A stretch of DNA of 64,000 nt, taken from an uncultured Campylobacter sp. (GTDB taxonomy: Bacteria; Campylobacterota; Campylobacteria; Campylobacterales; Campylobacteraceae). Shown here piece after piece: positions 40,078-49,620 of the stretch. Made by a program: the position numbers and the translations under genes. The DNA lies in assembly GCA_963527315.1 (NCBI GenBank), contig CAURQE010000008.1:45970-109969 (forward strand), written 5' to 3'. The notes beneath the pieces were generated by a model. It saw nothing but the letters and a program-made list of their open reading frames with translations. It had not been told where the DNA came from and made no database searches. How positions within the stretch are numbered: the first letter of the stretch is position 1; the number at the start of each line of letters is the position of its first letter.

Positions 40078-40368
40078 ATTTGACGGCTAAATTTGAGTGC
40101 GGTTTTGGCGCAACGAGACTGCACTCTTTACGGTATGAACGGTAAATTTTCAAATTTGTCCGCCCAGACCCGCATCTTAAAAATGCTAAATTTGATTTGG
40201 TTAAATTTGGTGCTCGTAAAATAGAAAAGTAGATGCAAAGCGGCTTGAGGCGAGTTTGAGGGTTGCGACGTAAAAATGAGCGAAGATAAGACGCTTGGTC
40301 TATCGAGCGAAATTTTTACTAGCTACGTCAAAATCGTCCAAGACGCGAGCTCTCAGGAAGGAAAACAG

Positions 40369-41511
40369 ATGAAAATACTAATAGCAATCGACTCTTTCAA
40401 AGGCTCCCTCAGCTCCCTCGAGGCCGGCAATGCCGTAAAAGAGGGCATCGAGGCCTTAGGGAGCGAAGTGGACGAAGTGGTGGTTAAGCCCATCGCAGAC
40501 GGCGGCGAGGGTAGCGTGGTGGCGCTAGCAGACGCGCTAAACGGCGAGTTTATCGACGTCATCGTGCAAAATCCTCTCGGCGAAAAAATACCCGCCAGAT
40601 ACGCGCTAGCAGGCGAGCTGGGTATCCTTGAGATGGCGTCTTCTAGCGGGCTCATGCTAGTGGAAAAAGAGCGCCGAAACCCGATGAAAACGAGCACTTA
40701 CGGCTTTGGACAGATGATTTTGCATGCTATTAGCAAAGGTGCGCGTAAATTTATCGTCGGTATCGGCGGTAGCGCGACGAACGACGCGGGCACGGGTATG
40801 CTAAGCGCGTTGGGATATGAGTTTTTTGACGAAAACGGCGAGCTGCTCGAGGGCAAGGGCGAAAACCTCATAAAAATCACCAAAATCTCAAACAAAAACG
40901 TAGTGCCCGAGCTGCAAGAGTGCGAATTCCTCGTGGCTTGCGACGTGGATAACCCGCTCTTTGGCAAAAATGGCGCGGCCTGCGTCTACGGACCGCAAAA
41001 GGGCGCGGACGAGCAGATGGTAAAAGACCTGGATGCAGGGCTCATTAGCTTTGCGAGTGCCACGAGCGAGCACTTTTCGAGCGAATTTTGGAACTTCAAG
41101 GGCGCGGGCGCGGCAGGCGGGCTAGGGTACGGGTTTGTGAGCTACCTAAACTCCAAACTAAAGCCCGGCATCGACATCATCATGGAGGAAATCCGCCTCG
41201 AAGAAGACGTGAAAAACGCCGATCTAGTCATCACCGGCGAGGGGCGACTGGACTTTCAAAGCTCGATGGGCAAGACCCCGACCGGAGTGGCAAAAATCGC
41301 CAAAAAATACGGCAAACCCGTCATAGCGCTAGCGGGCAGCGTGTCGCCGTGCGCTGGCGGCTGTAACGAAAACGGCATCGATGCGTTTTTTAGCGTATTA
41401 AACGAGCCCGTGAGCCTAGAAGAGGCGATGGATAAGCAAACCGCGACGCGCAATCTCAAAATGACGGCCCAGCAGGCTTTGAGGCTCTATTTGCTAGGGC
41501 GTAAGGGGTAA
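40369..41511 (+). CDS. glycerate kinase
   Basis: 'MKILIAIDSFKGSLSS...ADGGEG...GIGGSATNDAGTGM...TGEGRLD.QS..GK'. The ATG at 40369 is preceded by AGGAAGGAAA. The track ORF extends upstream to 40276. Confidence 0.85.
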   Translation: MKILIAIDSFKGSLSSLEAGNAVKEGIEALGSEVDEVVVKPIADGGEGSVVALADALNGEFIDVIVQNPLGEKIPARYALAGELGILEMASSSGLMLVEKERRNPMKTSTYGFGQMILHAISKGARKFIVGIGGSATNDAGTGMLSALGYEFFDENGELLEGKGENLIKITKISNKNVVPELQECEFLVACDVDNPLFGKNGAACVYGPQKGADEQMVKDLDAGLISFASATSEHFSSEFWNFKGAGAAGGLGYGFVSYLNSKLKPGIDIIMEEIRLEEDVKNADLVITGEGRLDFQSSMGKTPTGVAKIAKKYGKPVIALAGSVSPCAGGCNENGIDAFFSVLNEPVSLEEAMDKQTATRNLKMTAQQALRLYLLGRKG

Positions 41512-41854
41512 ATTTACGCTTTGTTACGGCGACGGGCCGGCGAATTTATCTATTTGCCGGCTTGAGCTTTTGCTTGCTCGGTATGATTAGCTAGTTTGAG
41601 CGAGGGGTTTTGTAGTAAATTCGTCTTTTGTGCGGAGATCTACGGATTTTAAATTTTAGCGCGTCGCTTTGCATTTTACCGCTCGGCACGGCAGTTTCGC
41701 GGATTTTTCAAATTTGACATCATGCTTTGTTGTTGCAAGTCCGTAAATTTATCTAGTAAAATCAAATTTTGGATTTGAGTTTTTAGCGCGGCGGTTTCGC
41801 GCCGAGCCGTAATGCGCGACCGAATTTGCAAAAATCTAGGCCAAAAACCCAAAA

Positions 41855-41887
41855 TTTAACAAACTAAAGCCCGAAAACAGGCTTTAG
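41855..41887 (-). terminator. candidate rho-independent terminator after the yceI-like gene
   Basis: 8-bp stem CTAAAGCC/GGCTTTAG (41864-41871 / 41880-41887) with an 8-nt loop. On the minus strand it is followed by TTTGTTAAATTTT. Confidence 0.45.
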
Positions 41888-41901
41888 GCTTATTTTGGGG
41901 A

Positions 41902-42471
41902 TTATTTTTCTTTGGCTTCGGCTTCTATCTCTAGCTCGACCTTGTCAGATAGCGTGATCTCTGAGGTATCCAGCCCGATCTCAAATAGTTTGCGTTTCGT
42001 CTCGCCCTCTAGGCTAAAGCCGATTTTTCCCTTGCCGTTTTTATCTGCAGTAAAGCCGCCAAGCTCGAATTTTAGCACCACGGGCTTAGTGACGCCGTGC
42101 ATCGTGAGCGTGCCCACGACCTTGCCTTCGGTATCGCTTTCTTTTTCATATTTGACCATTTTGTAGGTGATTTTGTCAAATTTGGCCGCATTGAAAAAAT
42201 CCGCGCTTCTTAGGTGTTCGTCGCGCTTCTCGTTTTGCGTATTTACCGAGGCGGTCTCGATGGTGGCCTCGAGCGCTTTTAGCTCCTTAGCGTCTTTGTC
42301 GTAGTCGATCACGGCGTCAAATTTGCCGAAATTCCCGCTGACTTTTGATATGCTTAGGTGCTTGATCTTAAAGCCGACGTTGCTGTGCGCTGGGTCGATC
42401 TCATAGACTGCGGCGTTTGCGAAGCTCGCTGCTAGCACTGCTGCTAGCGAAAACTTGATGAGTTTTTTCAT
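41902..42471 (-). CDS. YceI-family periplasmic polyisoprenoid-binding protein
   Basis: 189 aa. Signal peptide. 'YEIDPAHSNVGFKIKHLSISKVSGNF' and 'GTLTMHGVTKPV' are YceI signatures. Confidence 0.85.
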   Translation of the reverse strand: MKKLIKFSLAAVLAASFANAAVYEIDPAHSNVGFKIKHLSISKVSGNFGKFDAVIDYDKDAKELKALEATIETASVNTQNEKRDEHLRSADFFNAAKFDKITYKMVKYEKESDTEGKVVGTLTMHGVTKPVVLKFELGGFTADKNGKGKIGFSLEGETKRKLFEIGLDTSEITLSDKVELEIEAEAKEK

Positions 42472-42603
42472 TTTTCTCCTTGTGTTTTGGTTTTGAAGTA
42501 TATTTTAAAAAGGTAAATATATGACTTTTTCGCAATATTTTGAGAAAAATTTGAATTACTTATTCAACGCCCGCAATGGCACGGAACAATAATCAGGCTA
42601 AAT

Positions 42604-43506
42604 TTAACACCAAATTTCCCCGATAAAAAACAGCGCGGACATCGCAAACGTGCAGAGTGCGACGACCTTTAGCTGTCCGTCGAAATCGCGACAATCCCGC
42701 ACCTGCGAAACGAAAAATAGGTGCCGGGTAAGCGGCGCAAAGCTAACTACGTAGAGTAGTTTTGCGCCAGGCTCACCGCGTAAAAGCGAGTAGCAAAGCA
42801 TCAGACCCGCTCCGCCCGCGATCAGCGCATAGTGATAGCGCTTAGCCGCGCGCAGTCCGATACGGACGGGGACCGTGCGCTTGCCCTTGAGCGCGTCGTT
42901 TTGGATGTCGCGCATGTTGTTTAGATTTAGCACGGCGGTGCTTAGCATACCGCACGCGCACGCAGGCAGCAGCAGCTCCGTATCAAGCGATCGCGCGTAT
43001 AAAAAATATGAGCCCAGCACGCTAAGTAACCCAAAAAATAAAAACACGAAAACGTCGCCAAGTCCCAGGTATCCGTATGCGTCCGCGCCCACGGTGTATC
43101 GGATCGCGGCATATATCGACGCACCGCCCAGCGCTAAAAATAGTAGCACGAGATAAAACCGCTCGCCAAACGCCAAAACGCTTAGCGCGAGGCTAGAAAA
43201 TGCCGCAAACAGCGCCGTAACGACGATGACGCGCTTCATCTGCTCCGCAGTCATCTGCCCCGTTTGGATCGCTCGGCGCGGCCCCAGCCTGCCATCGCCA
43301 TCGGTGCCTTTTACCGCGTCGCCGTAGTCGTTGGCGTAGTCGCTTAGCACCTGAAATAGCAGCGTCGTAAGTAGCGCCAGCGCGAAAATATCGGCTCTAA
43401 ATACGCCCGCGCCGTATGCTGCGCCGCTGCCCAGCAACACGCCCGAGACGCTAAGCGGCAGTGATCTAAGGCGAGCTGATGCATAGAGAGCTTTTGCAGT
43501 TATCAT
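42604..43506 (-). CDS. menA: 1,4-dihydroxy-2-naphthoate polyprenyltransferase
   Basis: 300 aa, UbiA-family membrane protein. 'NDYGDAVKGTD' and 'NNMRDIQND' Asp-rich motifs. Confidence 0.85.
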   Translation of the reverse strand: MITAKALYASARLRSLPLSVSGVLLGSGAAYGAGVFRADIFALALLTTLLFQVLSDYANDYGDAVKGTDGDGRLGPRRAIQTGQMTAEQMKRVIVVTALFAAFSSLALSVLAFGERFYLVLLFLALGGASIYAAIRYTVGADAYGYLGLGDVFVFLFFGLLSVLGSYFLYARSLDTELLLPACACGMLSTAVLNLNNMRDIQNDALKGKRTVPVRIGLRAAKRYHYALIAGGAGLMLCYSLLRGEPGAKLLYVVSFAPLTRHLFFVSQVRDCRDFDGQLKVVALCTFAMSALFFIGEIWC

Positions 43507-43713
43507 TTTTTTGCCTTTTTAAATTTTTTGAGTGCCGAATCCACGGCAAATTTGAGTTCAAATTTAGCACCCGAATGCAAAAAATAATATAAATTTGACC
43601 TAGTTTTCGAGTGAAATTTGTAAATTAGGAATTAAAATTTGCAGCGGTTATCGCCGTATTAGAGTTTTGAAGTTATTTAAATTTGCCGCCAAAGCCGTAC
43701 GCGCTGAAATTTA

Positions 43714-44300
43714 TCAAATTTCCGCCGTTTCTCGCCAAAAATCAAGCGCCATATCATCGCCTGCTTGGACGAATTTGGCGATTTCTTCCGTGCAAGGCAC
43801 AGCTTTTTTGCTTAGTCGCGCGATATCGATACTGCCAAGCGCTCTAAAAAATCTCTCAAAATCGCTCGCGACGCGCCTGCCGCAAAGCCCTTCGTCTCCA
43901 AGTAGCCACGCATAAATCGCGCCGTCCGCGCAATCAAGCAAAAAAATCCACGGATCGCCCACGGCAAAAACTATCAAATTTGCAGGACGCGTATCGCCGT
44001 GCCACCATTTGCCGCCGTATTCGTCGGTGCTGTTTAGCCACACTAGCTCGCTAGCGTAGTTGCCGCCGATGCCAAAGCGTACGTTACAAACTTCAAATTC
44101 GCCCAAGTCAAATTTACAAACCAGGCGCAAAAACGCAGGCGGAAATTTGACGCCGAGAGTTTCTTGTGCTTTTTTGTCGCCTGTACGCACGCGCTAGAGC
44201 TGCATTGTGGCGACAGTCTCATGCCCGTTATGCCCTCTTGCTCCAGAGGCAGGCATATCTCGTCTAGCTCGCGAGCGATTTGGTCTAGCTCTAAAAACAT
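43714..44300 (-). pseudogene. SMI1/KNR4 (SUKH) family immunity-like gene, possibly frameshifted near its 5' end
   Basis: The 158-aa ORF (43714-44190, GTG start) carries 'AQETLGVKFPPAFLRLVCKF...WIFLLD', a SUKH-like pattern. A protein-like upstream ORF starting at 44300 ('MFLELDQIARELDEICLPLEQEG') overlaps it in another frame. A TAG lies 3 nt (one codon) upstream of the GTG in the downstream frame. Confidence 0.45.
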
Positions 44301-44319
44301 GTCTTTTTCCGCATCTAGT

Positions 44320-45187
44320 TTATCTGAGATTTTTTGTTTCGGTTTTTATGATTTCGCCGTTTTCGCCGTAAAATTTCGTAGTCGCCGCGCCCGCTTTTGC
44401 GTCGGTTACGACCTCTTTTACGAGCTCGCCTTTTTCGTTAAATTCTTTTTGTATTTTAACCGCCTCGCTAAGCGGCTTGCCGATCGTTTGGCGCTGGTCT
44501 ATCACGCTTTTTAGCTTGCCGCTCGGGTAAAAAAACTCAAAAAGCAGCGGGTCGCCGCCTAGCTGATATGTGCGGCTATTTAGGCGTCCGCTGTCGCCTT
44601 ATTTTTCAAAAGTCGTTTCTTTTTTGCCCATTCGGACGCTAATGAATTCTTTATACGACGGTTTGCCGTCTTTGCGGTATTCGGCTATGTTATTTTCGGT
44701 AAAAAAGCCTAAATTTGCGTCGAAGCGTTTGGTTTTTCGGTACAGTTTTAGCGCCTCGCCCGCGTCAAAATTCTCCAGTAGCTCCTTTTCTAGCCCGCTC
44801 CACAGGCACCTTTCGGCCGTGAACGTAGGCGAGTTTCGGTGCTCTTTTGAGTAGACTTCGAGCAGCACCCAGCGCTCGTTTTTGCGGACGACGAACGAGA
44901 TTTTTAGTTTCGTGGACGGATTATCTGGGATCTTGCGCTTGTACCGCTCGTCCGCCTCGTCGATGACTTAGCGATTTAGCTGCGCGCGGCTCGCATCTAG
45001 CCGGGTGATGTAGAGTCTGTTGCGTATTTTGCCGTTTTCGTCTTTTTCGCCGTTGCGCAGGTCGTATTTAAAAAATATCTCATAGGTTACGATTTGTTCG
45101 TCGTTTTGCTGCCGGGGTGCGTAGTTGCCGCCCGCTTGTAGCGAGGTCGCGTAGGTCAAAAGGGTAAAACCTAAATAAATTTTTCAT
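44320..45187 (-). pseudogene. secreted protein gene with YwqK/MORN_2-like C-terminal repeats, disrupted by a start-proximal frameshift and two in-frame TAA codons
   Basis: AAGGAG RBS plus an ATG at 45187, but the signal peptide 'KIYLGFTLLTYATSLQA' is one base out of frame after an A5 run. The three track ORFs (44968-45159, 44599-44868, 44320-44505) share one frame and are separated only by TAA at 44968-44970 and 44599-44601. Confidence 0.7.
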
Positions 45188-45410
45188 CTATCTCCTTAGG
45201 TTTTGCGCTTATGTTGCGGCGGCGACCTTGCGTAAATTTAAAGATCACGCCGCGTTTGTAATTTTTAAAATTTACTCTCGTGCTTTTGCTATCCGCATTG
45301 CCCGCTCGTCAAATTTGCCGCGCTTGTCTGTGTGAGCAAATTTGACTTATCGCTTTTAGCTGCTTGCCGCGATTTTTACCTTGCCTGCGCCGCTTGAGCG
45401 CGTTAGCCTT

Positions 45411-46505
45411 TTACTTTAAAATCGCAAAGCCGATACCGACTTTATCGGTGTGGCGGTTGTAGTCGATGAGGCTCTCGCCATATCCCGTAAAGTACTTCAC
45501 GTAGCCGTAAACGCCGCTTTTTCCAAACGGAAACAGCCAGCCAAGCTCGCCCGCGCCGCGGTTTGTTTTATCAAAATGCAGGTTGTTTCGCACCATTGCC
45601 GTAAAGACGTGGCCGCGGTAAGGCAGGGCGAAATTTATATCCATGTTGCCGAGGTATTTTTCGATGTCTGGGTTATCGTCGCTGCCCTTGCTCTCAGGGA
45701 TGCGCGCCCACGCTCGCGGGATCACGACTAGGCTGCCGGCGTAAAGTTTAGCCTCGAGATATACGCGGTTCCATGAGCGCGACTTCTCGCCGCCTTGGCC
45801 GTTACTCTCGTGCAAAAGTCCCGCGCGTAGGTAATCAAGACTCGGTAGCGCCTCAAATCTCATCGGGACGGTTATGAAAATCTCGGGGCGATAGTTGGTC
45901 TCGCGAAACGGCGTAGAGCTCTTAGCCGTCTGCCACCACGAGCTTTGCGAGTAGCCCGCCGAGATCGTTTCGTTCATGTCAAACACGTCGTAAAATAGCG
46001 GCTTTTGCAAGCTGATTTGAAAAGCGGTCTCAAATCTACGCCTACCCTCAACGTCGTTAAACGCGTAGGTTGCGGGCAGGAGGTAGTTTAGATGGTGCAT
46101 TTTTAAGCCCAAAATTTCATCCACGTCGTATGCCTCGCCGCTCTCAAATTTTGCTTTCGGGTGCTCTTTTGAGGCGATCTTTTGCTCCTCTACGGGCGCG
46201 TCCGCTACGCTATCTGATGGCGCGATCACGGAGCGCTCCATGGCGGCCGTTTCGCCGTCCTCGTCCGTAAATATCGCCTTTTTAGCCGCCAGTTTATAAA
46301 GCTGAATGGCTCTTGTTTTGTCGCCTTCATGCTCGAGCTTTGCGGCGGCTTCGTAGAGGCGTTTGGCTTCGTCTTTGGCTGTCGGCTCGGTTAAATTTTC
46401 GGCTGGATTTTCTGACTGCGGGGCTAAATTTTGCTTCGGCGTTTCCGCCTGGGCGACTAGGGCTAAATTTAACAAAATCGCCGATAAAACGATAATTTTT
46501 TTCAT
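45411..46505 (-). CDS. pldA: outer-membrane phospholipase A
   Basis: 364 aa. Signal peptide. 'HHLNYLLPATY', 'HESNGQGG', 'SRSWNR' are OMPLA signatures. Long charged N-terminal extension. Confidence 0.85.
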   Translation of the reverse strand: MKKIIVLSAILLNLALVAQAETPKQNLAPQSENPAENLTEPTAKDEAKRLYEAAAKLEHEGDKTRAIQLYKLAAKKAIFTDEDGETAAMERSVIAPSDSVADAPVEEQKIASKEHPKAKFESGEAYDVDEILGLKMHHLNYLLPATYAFNDVEGRRRFETAFQISLQKPLFYDVFDMNETISAGYSQSSWWQTAKSSTPFRETNYRPEIFITVPMRFEALPSLDYLRAGLLHESNGQGGEKSRSWNRVYLEAKLYAGSLVVIPRAWARIPESKGSDDNPDIEKYLGNMDINFALPYRGHVFTAMVRNNLHFDKTNRGAGELGWLFPFGKSGVYGYVKYFTGYGESLIDYNRHTDKVGIGFAILK

Positions 46506-47167
46506 ATTTTTCCTTCTTTTAAGGCTTGTTCGTAGTCTGCCTGGTAGTTGATGTTAAAAAACTCGTCTTCGCGCGCGAATTTTACGATCTTGCAGCGGCA
46601 GCGGCTACGCAAAAGTCCGATCTTGTGCTCGCCCGCGGCAAAAAGCTCGCCCGCGGCGCCCGCTAAATCCCCGCTAAAAAACCCGCAAAGCGAGTGCGTA
46701 TGCGACTCGTCCGCAGCGATAACCATATCGTATTCGCGGGCAAATTTATATAGTTCGCGCACGCACTCTTCGCTAACAAAGGGCATATCGGCCGGGACGA
46801 TAAAGACGCTTTCGTTTGGGAAATTTCTAAGGATACTGTAAAGCGCTAGCATCGGAGAAAAGGCGTTTGGGCTCAAATTTGCCGTATCTTGCGAGCAAAT
46901 TTGAGCAAAGCTTGCCTCTGCGCCCTCTTTGTCGCTCGCCTGGGTCAAATTTGACCGCGAGATATCCTCTGGGTTAGCGTCTTTTACGAGCGGTAGGGGC
47001 GGGTTAAATTTGTCAAATTTGGAGCTAACGAATACGCGTTCGAAAATCCGCCCGAATTTGTGCGCTCCGTAGTGCGTGAGCGTCGCAAATCCGCCAAAAG
47101 GCAGCAGCGTTTTGTCGCGGCCCATTCGCGAGCTTTTGCCTCCGGCTAGGATGACGCATGTTTTCAT
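46502..47167 (-). CDS. mobA: molybdenum cofactor guanylyltransferase (with a roughly 40 aa insertion)
   Basis: 221 aa. 'ILAGGKSSRMGRDKTLL' and 'VPADMPFV'. Insertion at about 46859-46978. Confidence 0.8.
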   Translation of the reverse strand: MKTCVILAGGKSSRMGRDKTLLPFGGFATLTHYGAHKFGRIFERVFVSSKFDKFNPPLPLVKDANPEDISRSNLTQASDKEGAEASFAQICSQDTANLSPNAFSPMLALYSILRNFPNESVFIVPADMPFVSEECVRELYKFAREYDMVIAADESHTHSLCGFFSGDLAGAAGELFAAGEHKIGLLRSRCRCKIVKFAREDEFFNINYQADYEQALKEGKI

Positions 47168-47242
47168 TTTTTTTCCCTTGATTTTAGGTGCGCTATGATA
47201 GCATAAATTCGGCTCGCCTAGGCAAGCTATCGGCAGATTATC

Positions 47243-47908
47243 TTATCTGCCGCCGATGATTTTTTTTACCGCCAGCGCGGCTAAATTTAGCCCAAAGCAC
47301 GCCGTCACGCCCATAAAGCTGCCCAGTTTCACGCATTTTGGTAGCTCGGTCGAAAACACGACGTCAAATTTGCCTTTAAACCCCGCTTTTTTAAGCTCGG
47401 CTCGTATTTTCTTGGCAAACGGGTCGTTGCAGGTTTGCCAGACGGAGGCGACCTTGATCTGCGTCGGGTCTATGCGCTTTGCGCCGCCCATAGAGCTAAT
47501 TAATTTTTCGTGCGTTTTTAGCGCGAGAGCGACTTTAGCCGGTACGTCGTCGATAGCGTCGATAATAAGATCAAACGGCGAAAAATCAAAATCCTCGACA
47601 AACTCCGGCGTCATTAGCTCTTGTAGTGCCGTCACGCACTCGTATCTTGCGGCAAATTCGCCGACCTTAACGGCGCCGACCGCTTCGCTGTAAATTTGAC
47701 GGTTTTGATTGGTTATATCAAAAATATCCTTGTCGATGACGGTGATTTTACCCACGCCCGCGCGAGCCAGCGCATCCGCGCAGATGCCGCCCACGCCGCC
47801 CACGCCGCAGATTAGTACGTTTGCGTTTTGAAGCTTTTTAAAATCATCGCCAAACAGCCAGCGAGACCTCGTAAATCGGTCGTTTTGATCCAAAATTTCC
47901 TCGCTCAA
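47243..47908 (-). CDS. tcdA: ThiF/MoeB-family tRNA threonylcarbamoyladenosine dehydratase-like protein
   Basis: 221 aa. 'ICGVGGVGG' nucleotide-binding motif. 'VIDKDIFDITNQNRQ'. Confidence 0.75.
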   Translation of the reverse strand: MSEEILDQNDRFTRSRWLFGDDFKKLQNANVLICGVGGVGGICADALARAGVGKITVIDKDIFDITNQNRQIYSEAVGAVKVGEFAARYECVTALQELMTPEFVEDFDFSPFDLIIDAIDDVPAKVALALKTHEKLISSMGGAKRIDPTQIKVASVWQTCNDPFAKKIRAELKKAGFKGKFDVVFSTELPKCVKLGSFMGVTACFGLNLAALAVKKIIGGR

Positions 47909-48687
47909 ATTTGATCCTTTAGTGCGGTTTTTAGGCTCTGCAAGCTCGCGTGCGCGGTCATATCAAGCATGATTGGAGTGATCGAGGCAAAACTCTCGCT
48001 AAGCACGTTGATATCGGACTCGCCGTTTTGCTCGTAGTCTAAATTCGACGGTTGTCCGAGCCAGTAGTACTCGATGCCGCGCGGGTTGCGGTGTAGCATC
48101 GCGTGCGTGGCGTAGCTGCGTCTGCCGGCGGGTACAACGCGGTAGCCTTTAAATTCGCGGGCGGAGACGGCAGGGATATTTACATTTAAAAACTGGCGTG
48201 GCGGCAGGGATATTTCGCGGTTTAATACGCGCGGAACGATAAATTTGACGGCTTGCTGTGCGAGCGAAAAGCCTAGCTTTTCGATGCTGTCGTTTTTGTA
48301 AAACTGCGAAAACGCGATACTGGGTACTCCTTGCAAAACGCCCTCCATAGCCGCTCCGCACGTGCCCGAGTAGGTGATATCCTCGCCCACGTTTGCGCCG
48401 TGGTTTATGCCGCTGATTACTAGGTCTGGTAGTCTTTTATAAAGCGCGTGAAGCGCGAGATAGACGCAGTCTGCGGGCGTAGCGTCGTCGAGTTTGTAAA
48501 AATCGTCGTCAAGCTTGATAAAACGAAGTGGTCTAGTAAGCGTCAGTGAATGCGCACAGGCTGATTTTTCGGTACTCGGCGCGACGATGGTAACGCGGGT
48601 ATCAGGTAGCTCTCTTAGCGCGCTAGCTAAAGCGTGCAGGCCGCTAGCCTCGAATCCGTCGTCGTTTGTGATTAAAATTTCTTTCAA
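47905..48687 (-). CDS. surE: 5'/3'-nucleotidase SurE
   Basis: 260 aa. 'ILITNDDGFEA' and 'SGINHGAN' motifs. Confidence 0.92.
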   Translation of the reverse strand: MKEILITNDDGFEASGLHALASALRELPDTRVTIVAPSTEKSACAHSLTLTRPLRFIKLDDDFYKLDDATPADCVYLALHALYKRLPDLVISGINHGANVGEDITYSGTCGAAMEGVLQGVPSIAFSQFYKNDSIEKLGFSLAQQAVKFIVPRVLNREISLPPRQFLNVNIPAVSAREFKGYRVVPAGRRSYATHAMLHRNPRGIEYYWLGQPSNLDYEQNGESDINVLSESFASITPIMLDMTAHASLQSLKTALKDQI

Positions 48688-48889
48688 ATTTATTCCTTTT
48701 TATCACGATTAGCTCAAATTTGACGAGCCCATAGCTTTCAAATTTTTAAAGAAAAGATTTTAGCACAGCTTTTATTATTTAAATTTAAAGTTTTGGCTTA
48801 TGTTGGATATTGTTTACTTTATATTTTAGTTTTTAAATTTTATTCAAATTTAAGATAGTAAATATATTATATTATATAATACCGAAATA

Positions 48890-48903
48890 GATTGAAATCA
48901 ATC
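48890..48903. promoter_or_regulatory. inverted repeat GATTGA-aa-TCAATC upstream of nrfH
   Basis: Perfect 6-bp arms with a 2-nt spacer, inside the very AT-rich surE-nrfH intergenic region. Confidence 0.35.
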
Positions 48904-48914
48904 ATAATAAATTG

Positions 48915-48931
48915 ATAACAACTACTGTTAT
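48915..48931. promoter_or_regulatory. inverted repeat ATAACA-N5-TGTTAT upstream of nrfH
   Basis: Perfect 6-bp arms with a 5-nt spacer, about 130 nt upstream of the nrfH start. Confidence 0.35.
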
Positions 48932-49058
48932 ATTTACACAGTATAAAAATAAGCTTTAGATCTAATTTTAATTATATTAGGAAAATAAATGAGAATTTAA
49001 GCGAACTAATAATAAAATACTGGCTTATAAATAAAGTTAAGTTTTATTTAAATTTATA

Positions 49059-49601
49059 ATGGAGGTTAGAAAGCCCGTCATGGAAAACACGAAGAAAAAA
49101 GCATCCATCTGGGTCATTCTTTTGTTGCTATCGTTTGGAGTGGTTATCGGTCACGGACTATACACTTTTTACTATGCCAAGGGATTTTCATACTTTAGTC
49201 CGGATCCCGCAGCCTGTAAAAACTGTCACGTGATGAATCAAGTCTACGAAAGCTGGTCAAGAGGCGGACACCAAAACGTTGCGACCTGTAACGACTGCCA
49301 TTTGCCGCATGATTTTATAGGATATTGGATCATGAAGGCTCAAAGCGGCCTAGGACACGCGTATGCCGTTACTTTTAAAGATAATCCTTACGCATTTACC
49401 GCAAACGAAAAAACAAAAAGAGTCGTTCAGGAAAACTGCATGGACTGCCACAAAGAGTACGTTTCAAACGTTATCGACCCGCGCGCCATAGGAACCGCAA
49501 AACCGTTTGATAAAAATCTCAAAGAGCATCAAGGCAACTCTAATGAGCCTTTAAGATGCGTATCTTGCCACCGCGAAGCGGGACATGCGCATAACTTTTA
49601 A
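49059..49601 (+). CDS. nrfH: tetrahaem cytochrome c quinol dehydrogenase NrfH
   Basis: 180 aa. N-terminal TM anchor. Four CXXCH motifs (CKNCH, CNDCH, CMDCH, CVSCH). An alternative ATG exists at 49080. Confidence 0.9.
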   Translation: MEVRKPVMENTKKKASIWVILLLLSFGVVIGHGLYTFYYAKGFSYFSPDPAACKNCHVMNQVYESWSRGGHQNVATCNDCHLPHDFIGYWIMKAQSGLGHAYAVTFKDNPYAFTANEKTKRVVQENCMDCHKEYVSNVIDPRAIGTAKPFDKNLKEHQGNSNEPLRCVSCHREAGHAHNF

Positions 49602-49620
49602 AATTTAACAGGAGGATAAA

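Noticed and set aside
41088-41366. 92-aa Arg-rich ORF inside the glycerate kinase gene
   Set aside because: Out-of-frame overlap with a conserved enzyme. The poly-Arg/His composition is not protein-like.
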